From Felis catus (Eukaryota), in the NCBI RefSeq assembly GCF_018350175.1, contig NC_058368.1, forward strand, positions 188,048,001 to 188,112,000: DNA of 64,000 nucleotides, written 5' to 3'. The translations under genes and the position numbers were made by a program. This document shows positions 12,266 through 24,719 of the stretch, piece after piece (the first letter of the stretch is position 1; every line of letters begins with the position of its first letter). A model generated the notes under the pieces. The model was not told the origin of the DNA. It saw nothing but the letters and a program-made list of their open reading frames with translations, and ran no database searches.

Positions 12266-15200
12266 CTGTTGGCTCTGAGGATGCACATGAGGACGGAATG
12301 ATGATAATTTAGCGGTGTTCCTGGGGGCTAGACACCGTATATGTCCAGAACTCTTCTAATTTGGGATTCTATGCTTTCTGCTTTCTCACTTCCTCCTGAT
12401 TTCTCTGCTGTCTCTTTTTAATTTGGCTTCGTTTACTCTTTTGCTTGTTTGGAAATAAAAGACAAAGCAAAGCAACAGAGGGTAAAGGTCTTTGTGTGGG
12501 TTGCAGATTGCAGGCACAAGGTATATATGCTTAAGTGAGATTCTCCTTCTCTCAGGGTGTGAAATAATGTCTTTTTAGCCCATGTCTCAAAGGAAAAGGA
12601 GCATATTTGACTGAGTGTAACTCTTGATCTCATTAAGGACAGAATAGTTGCATTGGGGGTATTAATTATCTAAGAACTAATAATCCAGACTAATTGTTAT
12701 TTATGCTGAACAAACGGAGACATAAAAGCCAGTCCTGTGTCTATTACAGAGTCACAAGTATCCTTGGGCAAGTCACTTTTCTCTGGGTCTCAGCTTTTCT
12801 CTTTGCATAATGAAGAGGTTGAATTACTTTTACTAGGAAAAGCTTTTCATCCAGCAAAATCCTACAAGGAGCTCCAATGTACAAAATTAGATCAAAACGG
12901 AGCTATTCTAGTTGAAGAGCTCTTGGGTGGCCTAGAGCTTTAGTAATTGGGGATCCTTTTTGTCTCCCCAAAGAGCTTCTTATGTACTTGCAGGATACCC
13001 TCTGCTCCAAGGAAAAAAACCCTCTGTCCTCAAGTCTTAATTAAATGGTGCTTCCACCTTTAACAGTCTCAAATCCCCCAGATCCCAGTGAGAAAGGAAC
13101 TAGATATAAAATAGAATTGCAAAGTGGCTATCCAAGTAAACATGCTGTCTACCATTGTTAGACTGCTCTTTCTGAGAGAACCACTGTGCTCAGTCCCTTG
13201 AAAAGATCACCTCCTTTAAACCTAACAAAGTCTCTCAAAAGTAGCTACTATTATCATTCCCATTTTACTCCAGGGGAAACTGAGAGTCAGAGAAAAGTAA
13301 GTGGCCCAATGTGATAGGGCTAGGATCTGAACCAGGTCTGTTCATCTCCAGAGTTCACAGTCTTAACCATTTATCTAGCTTCCAGTCATTGGGGTCAAGG
13401 AGAGATTCTCAGCAGGCTTGAGGATGGCAGCTCTATTTTATTATCTTGCTCGCTTCTTAAAACCACAGTTACTGTAATTGTTTAGAAGTGGTTGCCAGAT
13501 GTAATTTTTGTTAGTGGATCTGTGTAAACTTGCATGTTATGAACATAAATAATTCACACTTTGAATGAGCTTGTTTGTTGGAGTGCCCTCTTCATCAACA
13601 CTGAGACCCTGAAAGAATTGTTCCATGTGTACCCTGGGAGACAGACTGTAGGATGAGTTTCATAGATGACCCAGTCATCCTTGGGCTGGACAGGGAAGGT
13701 TGCTTTCTCTTTTGGCTGCTGTCTTAGCTTTTCCCAGTCCTTAGCCAAGTTCAGGAGCTCCTCCCCACTCAGTCATCCAATCAGCTTGCAGTCAAACTCC
13801 TGGCTGGCCAGGCACCTGTTAATCAGGATGACTCAAGCCAAGAGCTAAGCCAACAGCCGTCTTGACACGTTAAATGATGCAGACAGCCCAAGAAACATGT
13901 TGGCTCTGCACTGTCCTTCTGACTCATCATCTTCTACGTGACTTGACTCCTCTGCCCCTCTCTCCCATGTCTGGGGTATTTTTCAGTTTACAGAAACATT
14001 TTAAAATCCATTATTTCATTTGATCCCCAAGTCACCTGCAGGAGCTAGATAAATCTTGGCCCCCATGTCTAGATGTAGAAATCAAGACCCAGTGGGGTTC
14101 CATGACTTCTCCAAATTGCATGGCTACTAATTAGCAGAGCAATGACTCAAATCCAGGCTTTCTGTGCCAAATGATATATCTCAGTTTTGACTCAGGCTAT
14201 GGGATTTAAAATTTTCTGTCTTTCTTTTCTCCCCTAGTCTGACCTCTGACTTCATAAGCTCCATTCTTTTCATCCCTGATCACATTATAGGGGTTGGTAA
14301 TTTCTGCTTTGGACCCTGGTCATTATTCCTTAAGGACAACACAGTGACTCCATTTTCCTCCAGTTCATTCCTTCATTTTGTCATCCAGTCATTAACATTT
14401 ATTAAGCACCTAGTGTGTACCACGCACTGTGTTCAGGGTTGGGGTTATAAGGAAGAACAAAAGACCATCCTGACGTCTGCCATGTTGGATGCCACTGACT
14501 GGGTTCTCTTTTTCTCTTTCCTTAATTGCCTTCTTCATCCATGCCTTAAATGTTGGTCCAAAACAAACAAGCCACCAAAAACACAGGAGGAGGGCCTGAG
14601 CTGAGAAATGCAGATCTAGAGCACCGGTGAGGACCAGGCTGGAGTGTGGCCTATGGAGTCACTGCTCGTGCTTTGTGCTTAAGGCTCTGGAAGGAATGAG
14701 GCTGCCTAAGGAAAGGACACAGAGCAGGGGTGCCTGCAGGCTGGATCTGCTGCTCAGATGCTTGTGTTGAGCCTACACTGAACTTTAGAAAAAAGCAAAT
14801 TAGTCATCGACACTTAAAAATCAGAAAACATTTCATAAAAATCTAGATTCCTGGCTTCTCTTCAGTATTGAAAAGATCTGGCAACACTGGGCCCACATCA
14901 GAGAGCAACAGGTGATGGGAGTTGATTTGCTGTGTCCTTGTAGAGAAGCACACACAGCCTTTTCAGGTCTCCCTTATCCCCTGCTTCTGTCACTTCTATG
15001 ACCTCCCTGGCCCTTGAAGATGTTTGGGTTGTGATCCTGGTAGAGTCATGGTTAGACAGTATGCCTGGAGGACACTCATATTCATTGGAGAATGTACTCC
15101 TAGGGAGATTCCTTTTTCTGGTTACCTCAAACTCCTCATCTTTGCTCCAGATTCTATTCATAAGATGTAAGTTTGATCTTCCTAAAGTGAAGGAAGGCAG

Positions 15201-16289
15201 AGAAGTTTTCAGAGGCAGAGAAGTTCAGTCGCAGTGGGTGTGGGTAGAGGGGGTTATTCAGTCCTACTGATAGAATGAAGCCGATCCCCTGGTCTCTAGA
15301 GCATTGGCATGTAATCAGTGTCAAAGGAAGTTGGAAATTAAAAGAATCCCAGGCCTGCCTACTAAAGAGAAAGGATAAGGAGGGTTGGGAGTTCATGGTT
15401 CAGTTTTAGAGCCGGTAACCACTCAGACCAGGGCTGGGAAGCAATTTGTTTTTTGCTCTCCAATTGCCACTGGACTGACTTTCCCCTTGTGATGTAACCT
15501 TGTTATGCTGCGGTTACACTAGACCATGTAAATTCGGCCTTTGTTCACCAATGAGACAAATGCTCCCTGGCCTGCCCTTTCTGCTTTTATAGAAGAAAAA
15601 TCATTACAGTATTTTCTACCTTAGACGGAGTATGTTTTTACAAGAAAAAGAAAAATAGGAACCCAAAGACATATCTTATTACACATGATCCAGTGAAAAT
15701 GGTATTCTGGGTTCTGAGTTGTTTTTGCATCCTGCCTGAATTCTTTGAAAGCTCTGAAAATCATACTAGTTCTGTTTGTTTGTTTATTTATTTATTTAAG
15801 CAAAGTGGTTCGTCATAGCTGAGGCTTTCCATAATAATGGCCCCAGTTCCAGGACTCCCAAGGTGCCTTTTTAATTTGTTCTTTCATAAGATACTATCAG
15901 CCTAGTGACCTGAATATAGTGTGTTGAGTAAAACACTTGGCTGGGAGTTAGGGTCCTGGATTCTGCTGCCAGTTTGTTGTGTGACCTCAGGCATGTCACT
16001 TTTCCTCTTGGCTTCGAATCTTCACCTGTAATATCAATGGATTAGACTGGATCGGGCTTCCCCAAATTCAGTCTCTCAAGTATCACTTTCCACAATTGTC
16101 TTATAGCCTCATATGTCTGTTTTCCTGTTGGTATACTATTTTTGGCTGCCTGTTAAGTACATCTCTTTTACAAATACGTTTTCTATTGCTATTAAAAATG
16201 GCAAACCAAAATGTGTCTCCCAACCAAAGTACAATGAGAACAAAGCTATTACATTTCAGTCAGATACCATAAGCTGCCAAGTGATGGGA

Positions 16290-16500
16290 GCTCACATCAG
16301 CCAAGGGCTCTGGGCCAAGCCTGCTTCCCATGAAGTTACTCATTCAATCCCCATGGTAACTCTATGACGCGGGGACTGTCATTACCCCCATTTGACAGAT
16401 GAAGAAACTGAGCCACAGAGAGGTTGGTGAACTCGCTTATGGTCCTGGAGTCAGTGTGTGCCTTACCTGGGATTTTAGCCCGAGTAGGTTGTGCTATGTT
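16290..16500 (-). mobile_element. MIR SINE
   Basis: attacccccatttgacagatgaagaaactgagccacagagaggtt. Confidence 0.75.
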
Positions 16501-17499
16501 GCCTGTCAGTGTGTACCGGCCCCCTCTTTGTCAAAAAAAGGGAGAGTACCCTTGTCAGAGGGTGTTAAAGCTCTAAAGGGGAGTTTCTGACTGATGGAAT
16601 CAGAGGGCATAAAAGAGAATCAAAAGGGGACCTTTGCTCACCAAGGAATTCAATATCTTTTGCTCCTTAACTTATCCTGGGTGCCTGTCATTTCTCATGT
16701 CTACCCGACTGAAAAAGTTCTATTTTGTGATTCGCTTGCTCTGTACCTCAACCCTTATCTTGTTCATTTCCAGTGGCTGAATATCACATTTTGCCCCTAT
16801 TTTTCTTAAACTAAATTTTAGAAGAAAGGCACAAAATGGGATTTTTCACATGAAGCAGCTCTCCTCCATTAGAAACACAAAGGGAGTCCGAGATTAGCTG
16901 TAATCAGCTAAGTCCCCATAATGTTGCAGTAATGACTTGGAGTATCTTTTTAATAGCAGTTAACAAATCCTGGAGGATTTGAGGGCCAGAGTGGCTCCCT
17001 GGCAATTGTCATTCCCGTCCCTCAGCACCTCTCTCTTTCATCCTAGGTTCCTGGGTGATTCAGGGCGAATGCAGGTGACAGCAGGTGGGAATGGGAGGAG
17101 GGTATGGGAGGCAGGCAGTGAGGGAGACCGTTGTCTCTGTCTCGGGACCATCTCCGTGGAACTGAGTGGGGACTGCAAGGCTGACTCATAGCAGGCCCGG
17201 GGCCAGAGTCATGAAAAGTTGATTCAAACATTTGTGCAAAGCGCTTCCCTGATGTGCGATAAAGGGCCTCCATAAATGTGACACATTTTGCATTTTCTAA
17301 GAGATGTTGAATGTGGCTGGCAGGTAGAAGGCCTGGAACTTCCTGCCAGAAGTCCAGCTCATTCCCTCTGGCTGAGGCCTCACACCTGGGTGGCTCTCAC
17401 AGCATCTGAGGAAAGGGGTCAGGTAGCTGTGGTGTGACAGGCTGATTTCACAGTATGGGGACTGCGGGCTGGTTCTTGCTCGTGCCTTAATAATCATAC

Positions 17500-17720
17500 C
17501 AGGAATAGGTATGGAACCCATGCTGTGGATGAGGCATTGCACTAAGTGCTCAACATGCATGGTCACCTTTAATACTCTCAGTCACTCTCTGGGGTTGCCA
17601 TTATTATCAGCCCCATGTTAGAGATGAGAAAAGGGACCCTTGGAGCAGTGAGGTAACTAGTAGGTGGTGAAGCCAGGGTTTGAAGCCAGGCAGTCTGGCC
17701 TCGGTGCCAAAGCTGTTAAG
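17500..17720 (-). mobile_element. MIR SINE
   Basis: aggcattgcactaagtgct...attattatcagccccatgttagagatgagaaaa...ccagggtttgaagccaggcagtctgg. Confidence 0.7.
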
Positions 17721-18009
17721 CCCCGTGATATGCAAAGAGAAGGCGTTTATTGGACAGATCCTGGGCAGCTCAGAGAATGGAAGGGAGAGGAACGTCGGGC
17801 AAGGCAGGAACCGGGGCAGATCCGGGACTCTTTCTTTAGGCCACTACTATCGAATGACTCAGCTGTAACCAGCCTTCAGGAGTGGATGATACATCAGCAG
17901 CTGTACTTCTGCTCTGTGATTTGGAGGGGCAGCTGGTCATAGACTATGCTGTGTTTTATTACCCTGTGCTCTGGGCTCAACTCTGGAGTTGGAGGTATGA
18001 AGATCATGG

Positions 18010-18170
18010 GCTGTGTGACCTTGGGAAAAGCATTTAACCTCTCTGGGCCTTAGTTTCCTTATCTGTAAAACAGAGGCCAAAAGAGTACCTATCACGTAGA
18101 GATATCACGGGGATTAAATGAGTAAATATTTGTCAAGCATTTAGAATGGTGCTTGACTCTCAGCAAACCC
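18010..18170 (+). mobile_element. MIR SINE
   Basis: gctgtgtgaccttgggaaaagcatttaacctctctgggccttagtttccttatctgtaaaa. Confidence 0.8.
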
Positions 18171-18471
18171 CATGGAGTGGCTGTCAGTAGAGGATGGATG
18201 GCTGGTGGGCTCCTGACAGCTGTGGATTCCGGACACTCACAGGGTCCCACCTCTTCCTTAGATTATGTGGTCAGCTCACACAGAGGGAAGAGACCACTTT
18301 GCCTGCATGGTCTTCCAGAGAACCCTGTGACTCAAAGTGTGGTCCTCGGGCCAGTGGCAGCAAACCACTGTTTGAGATACAGGAACTCAGGCCTTACCCT
18401 AGACTGAATCAGACTCTGCACTTACTAAGCTCCCCAAGTGAGTTGTAGACACAGTCAAGTTTGAAAAACAT

Positions 18472-18622
18472 GGGGACCCCTGGGTGGCTCAGTCAGTTAA
18501 GCATATGACTTCAGCTCAGGTCACGATCCCACCATTCAGGAGTCTGAGCCCCGTGTCGGGCCCTGTGCTGACAGCTCGGAGCCTGGAGCCTGCTTCGGAA
18601 TCTGTGTCTCCCTCTCTCTCTG

Positions 18623-18657
<35 letters not shown>

Positions 18658-18681
18658 AATAAATAAACAGTAAAAAAATTT
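18472..18681 (+). mobile_element. Felid Can-SINE (SINEC_Fc-type), first of a head-to-tail pair
   Basis: ggggacccctgggtggctcagtcagttaag...gctgacagctcggagcctggagcctgcttcgg...(TC)15 aaaaataaataaa. Confidence 0.95.
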
Positions 18682-18682
18682 A

Positions 18683-18831
18683 GGGGCGCCTGGGTGGCTC
18701 AGTCTGTCGAGCGTTCGACTTTGGCTCAGATCATGATCTTGCAATTCATGGGGTCTGACCCCACTCGGGCTCTGTGCTGACAGCTCAGAGCCTGGAGCCT
18801 GCTTCGGAATCTGTGTCTCCCTCTCTCTCTG

Positions 18832-18872
<41 letters not shown>

Positions 18873-18916
18873 AATAAATAAACAGTAAAAAAATTTAAAT
18901 TGACCTCTTTCCCTTA
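18683..18916 (+). mobile_element. Felid Can-SINE (SINEC_Fc-type), second of the pair, with a short unique 3' extension
   Basis: ggggcgcctgggtggctcagtc...(TC)18 aaaaataaataaa; the pair is flanked by AAAAACATG at 18464-18472 and 18917-18925. Confidence 0.95.
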
Positions 18917-19059
18917 AAAAACATGTTTGAGGAGCACAGTTTTAGAAATTTTAGAAGCAGATAAAAGATGGAAAAAAAAATCTAAAACCTTCTTTTCTGT
19001 GTTGGCGATTAAGTCCAAATTATACACTTCTGGTTCCCCAAGCTAGATCCTTCAGGATA

Positions 19060-19290
19060 ATAATAACTCTCACATCAGGAGCACTTTATAATCTGACTAA
19101 AGGACTTTCACACCCACTTTTTGCTTGCTCTGCAGTACTGCCATCCTGTGAGGTGCACAGAGCAGTCAATAATATCTCCCTTGTACAGATGTGAAAACTG
19201 AGGCTCAGAGCCTTATGTGGCTTTCCAGAGTTATCCTGCTACGAAATGTCAGAGCCGGGAGTCAAGCCCAGGTGTTCTGTTGTAATTCGG
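19060..19290 (-). mobile_element. MIR SINE
   Basis: cccttgtacagatgtgaaaactgaggctcagag. Confidence 0.7.
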
Positions 19291-20089
19291 GGCTTGCTGC
19301 ATTTAACACCCTGTTCATCAGTGATGAGAGAACTGTTGCTGGTTCTTTCTCCTCGATTATCCAGACACAGCCTGTCAGCAAGTCCCCTGACTGTTCCATC
19401 AGGATGACTTGGAATCAGCCTCAGCTGAGCTCTTGCAATAATAACAATATTAGAGCATATTGAGACTTACTCCACTAAGATCTTTCCTTGCATTACTTAT
19501 CTCATCGAATTCTCCCAGCCACCCTGTGAGAGGGTATTATTATTATCACCATCTTATCACAGAGGATGAAACTCAGGCTCCAAATGCGAAAGTATCCAGA
19601 ATCGAACAATAGCAGGTAATGGAGCTGAGATTTGAATGTGAGGCGCTGGTCGTGCCCGTGTTTGCACCTGCTTCTGAGCTAGTCTGTCCACCTATGGCCT
19701 GTGCTCCAAGCCTTTGTGACATGGCTGCTGTCTTCCCTCCCCTTCCTTCTGCCTCCCCTGGTAGCCTTTTCTTGAATAGTACGTTCCAATGAAGCTCCCT
19801 TCTTTTTGCATTTCACAGCACTTGGGAAAATGCATTACACTTTATTATAAATTACTCTATTTTTTTTTTTTGTTATTTTCATGACAGTGTAAGTTCCATG
19901 GAGGCAGCCACGTCTTCTTGGTCACAGATGTTGTCTTGACCTATCAGAGTAGGTGCTTGGTAAATGTTTACTGAATGAACATCACTTATTGCATGAGCTT
20001 GGTTTCTTCACCTAAGCAGTATCCACAACTACTTTTGTAGCCCTCACAGCACAGAAAATAGTTCTGGAACAGTGTAGATCATTACCATT

Positions 20090-20294
20090 CCTTTCTTAAA
20101 GTTTATTCATTTATTTATTTTGAGAGAGATAATGAGAGAGAGGCAGAGAGAGAGAGGGAGAGAGAGAATCCTAAGAAAGCTCTGCACTATCAGCACAGAG
20201 CCTGACTTGGGAATTGAACCCATAAAATGTGAGATCATGATCTGAGCTGAAATCAAGAGTCAGAGGCTTAACCGACTGAGGCACCTAGGCACCC
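20090..20294 (-). mobile_element. Can-SINE
   Basis: Reverse SINE ending ...ttaaccgactgaggcacctaggcaccc; TSD AGATYATTACCATT at 20076-20089 and 20295-20308. Confidence 0.95.
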
Positions 20295-22294
20295 AGATTA
20301 TTACCATTTACTGATATGAAGCCATGTATTCTCCTCAGTTATTCATACACTCTGAGCATTTACTGAGGGCCGACATAGGCATTGGTGTTTAGTCTTCTGG
20401 GTTCTTATCTCTGTCTAGGACAAGGTAAGGTGAGCCTCTTAGAATCACCTCACTTATCACCATCAGGATCCTGATGGGAGATTTCCAGCCCCGAAAGGCC
20501 AGTAGTAAGGAGACACTCTACCTCAGATGATGTCTTGGACTGAGCTTGAGGTCCCGTGAAATCAGTGGCTCCATTGACCACAGCCTGAGTCTGGGCTCAG
20601 ATGCCAGGCAGGGCCCTGCAGAAGGCCAGAGCATGCCCCTTCCCAGCCCCTTGGCAGACACCAGTGCCAGTGAACTAGGGGAGGAATTTTCTGCCTTGGA
20701 GGCATGAGCCAACTGAGTGGCTGCCACAGATCAGCTAAGGACATAAGTCACCCAGCCTCCTGTGGTTTGCCCAAGTGCTGGTGCCAGACTGGGAGCTGGG
20801 CAGACCTTCCTAGGAAGGCTGGGAGCTGCCAGAGAGAACAGCGGAGCTTAGGTGAAAGCTTTTTGGATGTGATTGCCCAGGCTCCTGGGAGTCTGACTAA
20901 CCCTTTCATCTTCAGGGCATGGTGTCACAGTCCACCCCTTGGCTTGTCTTCTAACTGCTCAGAGGCCATAGCTTATTGGGAAGAATCTCCCCCTTTGGTG
21001 CATTTCAGGTTGGCAGGGGCTTTCTGTGCTATTCCATGGGGTGAGAAGATCCTTCTGGTTGATTGCTTGTCAAGGAGCTGGCCTGTGGTCTGTTCCACCT
21101 CACAGTCCTATACTGCGAGGGCTAGTTCTACCTGCCACCCACCTCTCATCTTGTGGAAGAGTCCTGTTCTTGTCTTCCCTGGAGTTGAATTTGCCTGGAG
21201 GTGAAAGCATTTCTACGACAAAGGTCTCAGAAGGGTGCCTTAAAGCAGTACAAGGGGGAGAGGTGGGGTTGTGACGGTCTCTGGGGGGCAGTCTCCTAAT
21301 GTGGGCTTTGGGAAATGTGCTACCAGATGCCCCACCTCTTGCCTCTCAGCCTTTTTAGTACCATCCCAGTCCCTCTTCAAATCTCTCCCTTTCCTCAGAT
21401 CCTTACTGCCTCCCTTGCCCTGCTCCACCCCTCCTCTTCCACCCAAGGTCCCAGCCCCAGTAATCAGAACCTTCTTGCAAATGACAGTTGGCTCAGGCTG
21501 AGGCAGGAAGTGGGGGCGTATAAGTCATCAAAGTGATTTGTGAGGCAAGATGATTTATTGGAACATTAATTTGTTTTTGAACTTCCTCAATTCTCTTCTT
21601 CCTCTTCTTTTAAGCAGGTAGTTTGGCCCTTTGGGGCTTCTTGCTTCAGGGCTTCCTGTCAACAGAAGCAGCCTGCAGCCCACAGCTCATCTGCATCTTG
21701 TGAAGAGATACCATGAGGCGTCCTTTGGGGAGGAGAAAAGGGAGGCGATGAGTGAGTCTCCTGGGGATGGACCGGTACACCTTTCTGTGGCAGCTCCCTA
21801 AGGAGATGGGAAGACCTCGTGTGGAAGATGACCTGACGTGCCCAGAAAGGCAGGAGCCTGGGACTGGAGAGCTGGGTGGCGGTGGGGTTCTGTGGAACAC
21901 AGGATGAGGAGAGCAAGCCGGGCTGCCTTGTATCAGGGAGTCACCTCAGGGGTGCACCTTGAAGACCTCAGTGGTTCCCATGACAGATTGAACACTATGG
22001 ATCCTTTCTCTGTTTCCAGGGCATCACGGCATCCAACTGTTTGTATTCACATTAGGAGTCGAGGGGCTAGGGATGCTGTACTCTGGAATCCCTCATCTCC
22101 AGTCTGGCAGATTGAGGGCTCGGAGGACGAAATTAACTGATTTTAAAAACATAAAGAAGGTGCTATTTCTTTCAAACTTGCATCGGAGGCCCACAATTTG
22201 TACTTGCCTTCTTGATTCCAAGGTGCAGACACATCTTTTCCGGCGACAATATTTCCGTTACAGAACTTGCACAAGCCTCTACTTTGACATTTCC

Positions 22295-22465
22295 ATTTAT
22301 TCATTCAGTCCATAAATACCTACTATTTGTTAGGTACTGAGGTAAGTGTGGAGGATACAATGATGTACAAAGCTGGCCTTGACTCCGCCCGTGGACCTTA
22401 CCACTTCACAGGGGAGAATATATATAGTATTATATATATTATATATTCATCAGATAATTCCACAA

Positions 22466-22523
<58 letters not shown>

Positions 22524-23105
22524 ATACATATATATATTATACACCTGGGTAAAGACTGAAAGGAAAAGGTGAGCAGTAATGTATCTGGTACAGAGCAGGC
22601 TGGAAGTGGAGGGGTGGGCAGGAAACAGAGGAAGTGATGTTTGAGCTGAGTTTTAAGACTAGATGAGGTGCGCGTGAGTGTGTGTGTGTATGTGTGTGTG
22701 TGTGTGTGAATACATGTGCAAATGTGAGCATGCATGCATATGTATGCATGTGTATACATGTATGTGCATGAATGTGGGTGTTTCAATGAAAGGGAAGAAC
22801 ATTCTAGAAGACCCCAAGGTGGGGGCAGGAGCCCAGTGCCTTTAAGGAACTACACAATGTCTGTGTGGCTGCCAGGTGAGGCCTAGAAGGGAGACACATA
22901 AGGCCTCAGGGATCGGATTGGGCAGTTTGGCCTTTAAGAGTAATGGGAGGCCACTGAAGGTGTTTAAGTCTGGAGGTAATAGAATCTGATTTACATTCTA
23001 AAAAGATGATTCGGACTGCTGTGTTCAGCCGGGATGATGAGAAGGCAAGAACTGAAGCAGGGAGACCAGGAATTTACAAGGAGGTAGATCTAGCTGTAAT
23101 TATGG
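22295..23105 (-). mobile_element. L2 LINE fragment containing microsatellites
   Basis: tttattcattcagtccataaatacctactat...aggaagtgatgtttgagctgag...aatgggaggccactgaaggtgtttaag...atctgatttacattctaaaaagat. Confidence 0.7.
22466..22538 (+). repeat. (ATATGT)n hexanucleotide microsatellite
   Basis: About 9 perfect ATATGT units followed by an (AT)n stretch. Confidence 0.95.
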
Positions 23106-24719
23106 TGGAAGAAAGGCGTTTAAAACATTTGTAAGTGAAAAACAAAACAAAAACAAGTTGCAGAAACACAAGTATGATTCTCTTTGTAATTTTAAAAAGA
23201 ACATGCATATGTATGTTTATAAATTCCGCGTGTGTTACTGACACCATAGAAATTTGTGCAGACATAGCTGGTTTCCAGCTCCGAGCTGTTGTTGACACTT
23301 CATTATAAAACGGAAAGCTTCCTGAACTTGGGGCCCACAAGCTTGGGCTACTGCCCCTAACTGCTCACTTTGGGCATGTCTTTTAGCTACTCTGTGCCTC
23401 AGTCTTGCTATAAGAGAAGGGTACTGGGCCAGATGAACGCTAGAAATGAATTCCTTCTACTTCTGGGTTCTTTAACTCCAGGCAGAAGGAAAGTGCAAAC
23501 AGGAGGGGATGCAGCGGACATTATGCAAGCGAGTCACGGAACCCGTCTCTGTTGGAACCTCGCAGAGTTAGGGTGACATTCTGTAGGAGCAGCAGCAGGA
23601 CTGTGGAGAGTGAGAACATCTCACAGGGCAGCCTGACAGTAGGAGGGGTGGGCAGCTGTCTGCTGTGATTTGCCGCCTGCCTGGATCAAAATAGCCCCGT
23701 CTCCTGGCCCGTTCCAGGAAGCTCCTTGCTAGTAAATACGAAATCCACTTACCCAGGGCTGGTGCCGGATCTACATCAAGCTCTTTCCTTTCAGCATCCC
23801 ATGAGCCCTGACGAAGTAATTATACTGGCAGAAATGAACCAAGGGGACCCGAGGAAGGCAGGACTCAAGGCCTAGTCCGTTTTAAAAGGGAGAGTCTTGG
23901 AGGCACCCCTGCCCCTTGTGACGGGCCTGATTGAGGTGAGGCTGTGTGTCGCAGGGGGCCGGGGTGGAAGGGTAGCCCTGGAGGAGGCACGCTCTGAGTT
24001 ACATAGTGGCTCTGAAAACTTCTGCTGGAACAGGGCCTATGTTGCGTCTGCTCACATCCCATCGTCCAAAGCAAGCCTTAAGACCAAGCCTTACGCTATC
24101 GGGACAGGGAAGTGTACTCCTCCCATGGGAGGGCACTGCCAATCACATGGCGAGGATGAAGATGTCTAATCCTTTTGCTGGGAATCCTTGGGAACAACAG
24201 TACAGTCTGGCACAGACTAGATGATATCGTACTTCCTTCAGCTCCGGCTTTGGCCTTTCTCATTTTCTCCTAGAACATATCCAAGCTCTCGTAGTCCTGG
24301 TTTCCTCCCGAATGGAACTTTGGACCACTGATTTTTTTAATGGAACTTAATGAAAAAGAGATGATAGGCTCCACTTGTTTGCAATTGACAGCAAAATTCT
24401 AGAATGTGTTTTTGCAAAGACAGTGATGAGCATTTGGATTAAAGAGAGGTTGCTGTGATTCAGCCTGGTTCTTGCCAGATTTGTCTCAGCTGGTTTTAGA
24501 GGTGTGATGAGACCGGTGGCTCTGGGGACTGACAATCACAGTGAGCTGGGCTTCAGCAGAACTTTGGTAGCGTCTCTTTTGGATGAGATGGGATATGTGA
24601 CAAGGATGGTTCATTTTTTTTGCTGGGTGAGCCACTGTACCTGGCACGTACGAATGAAGAGGTTCCTGGTTTGCCTCAGGGCTTTTCACTCAGGCTTCCC
24701 CCATTCGGTCTAATGCTTC

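Larger units (their letters stand above)
18325..18940. mobile_element. MER5A-like hAT-Charlie element interrupted near its end by the tandem SINE pair
   Basis: ctcaaagtgtggtcc...actgaatcagactctgca...agctccccaagtga...aagtttga, resuming as tttgaggagcac after the SINEs. Confidence 0.6.

Noticed and set aside
15493..15518. TGTAACC...GGTTACA inverted repeat as a possible pre-miRNA
   Set aside because: The stem is only 7 bp and does not extend; no known mature miRNA recognised.
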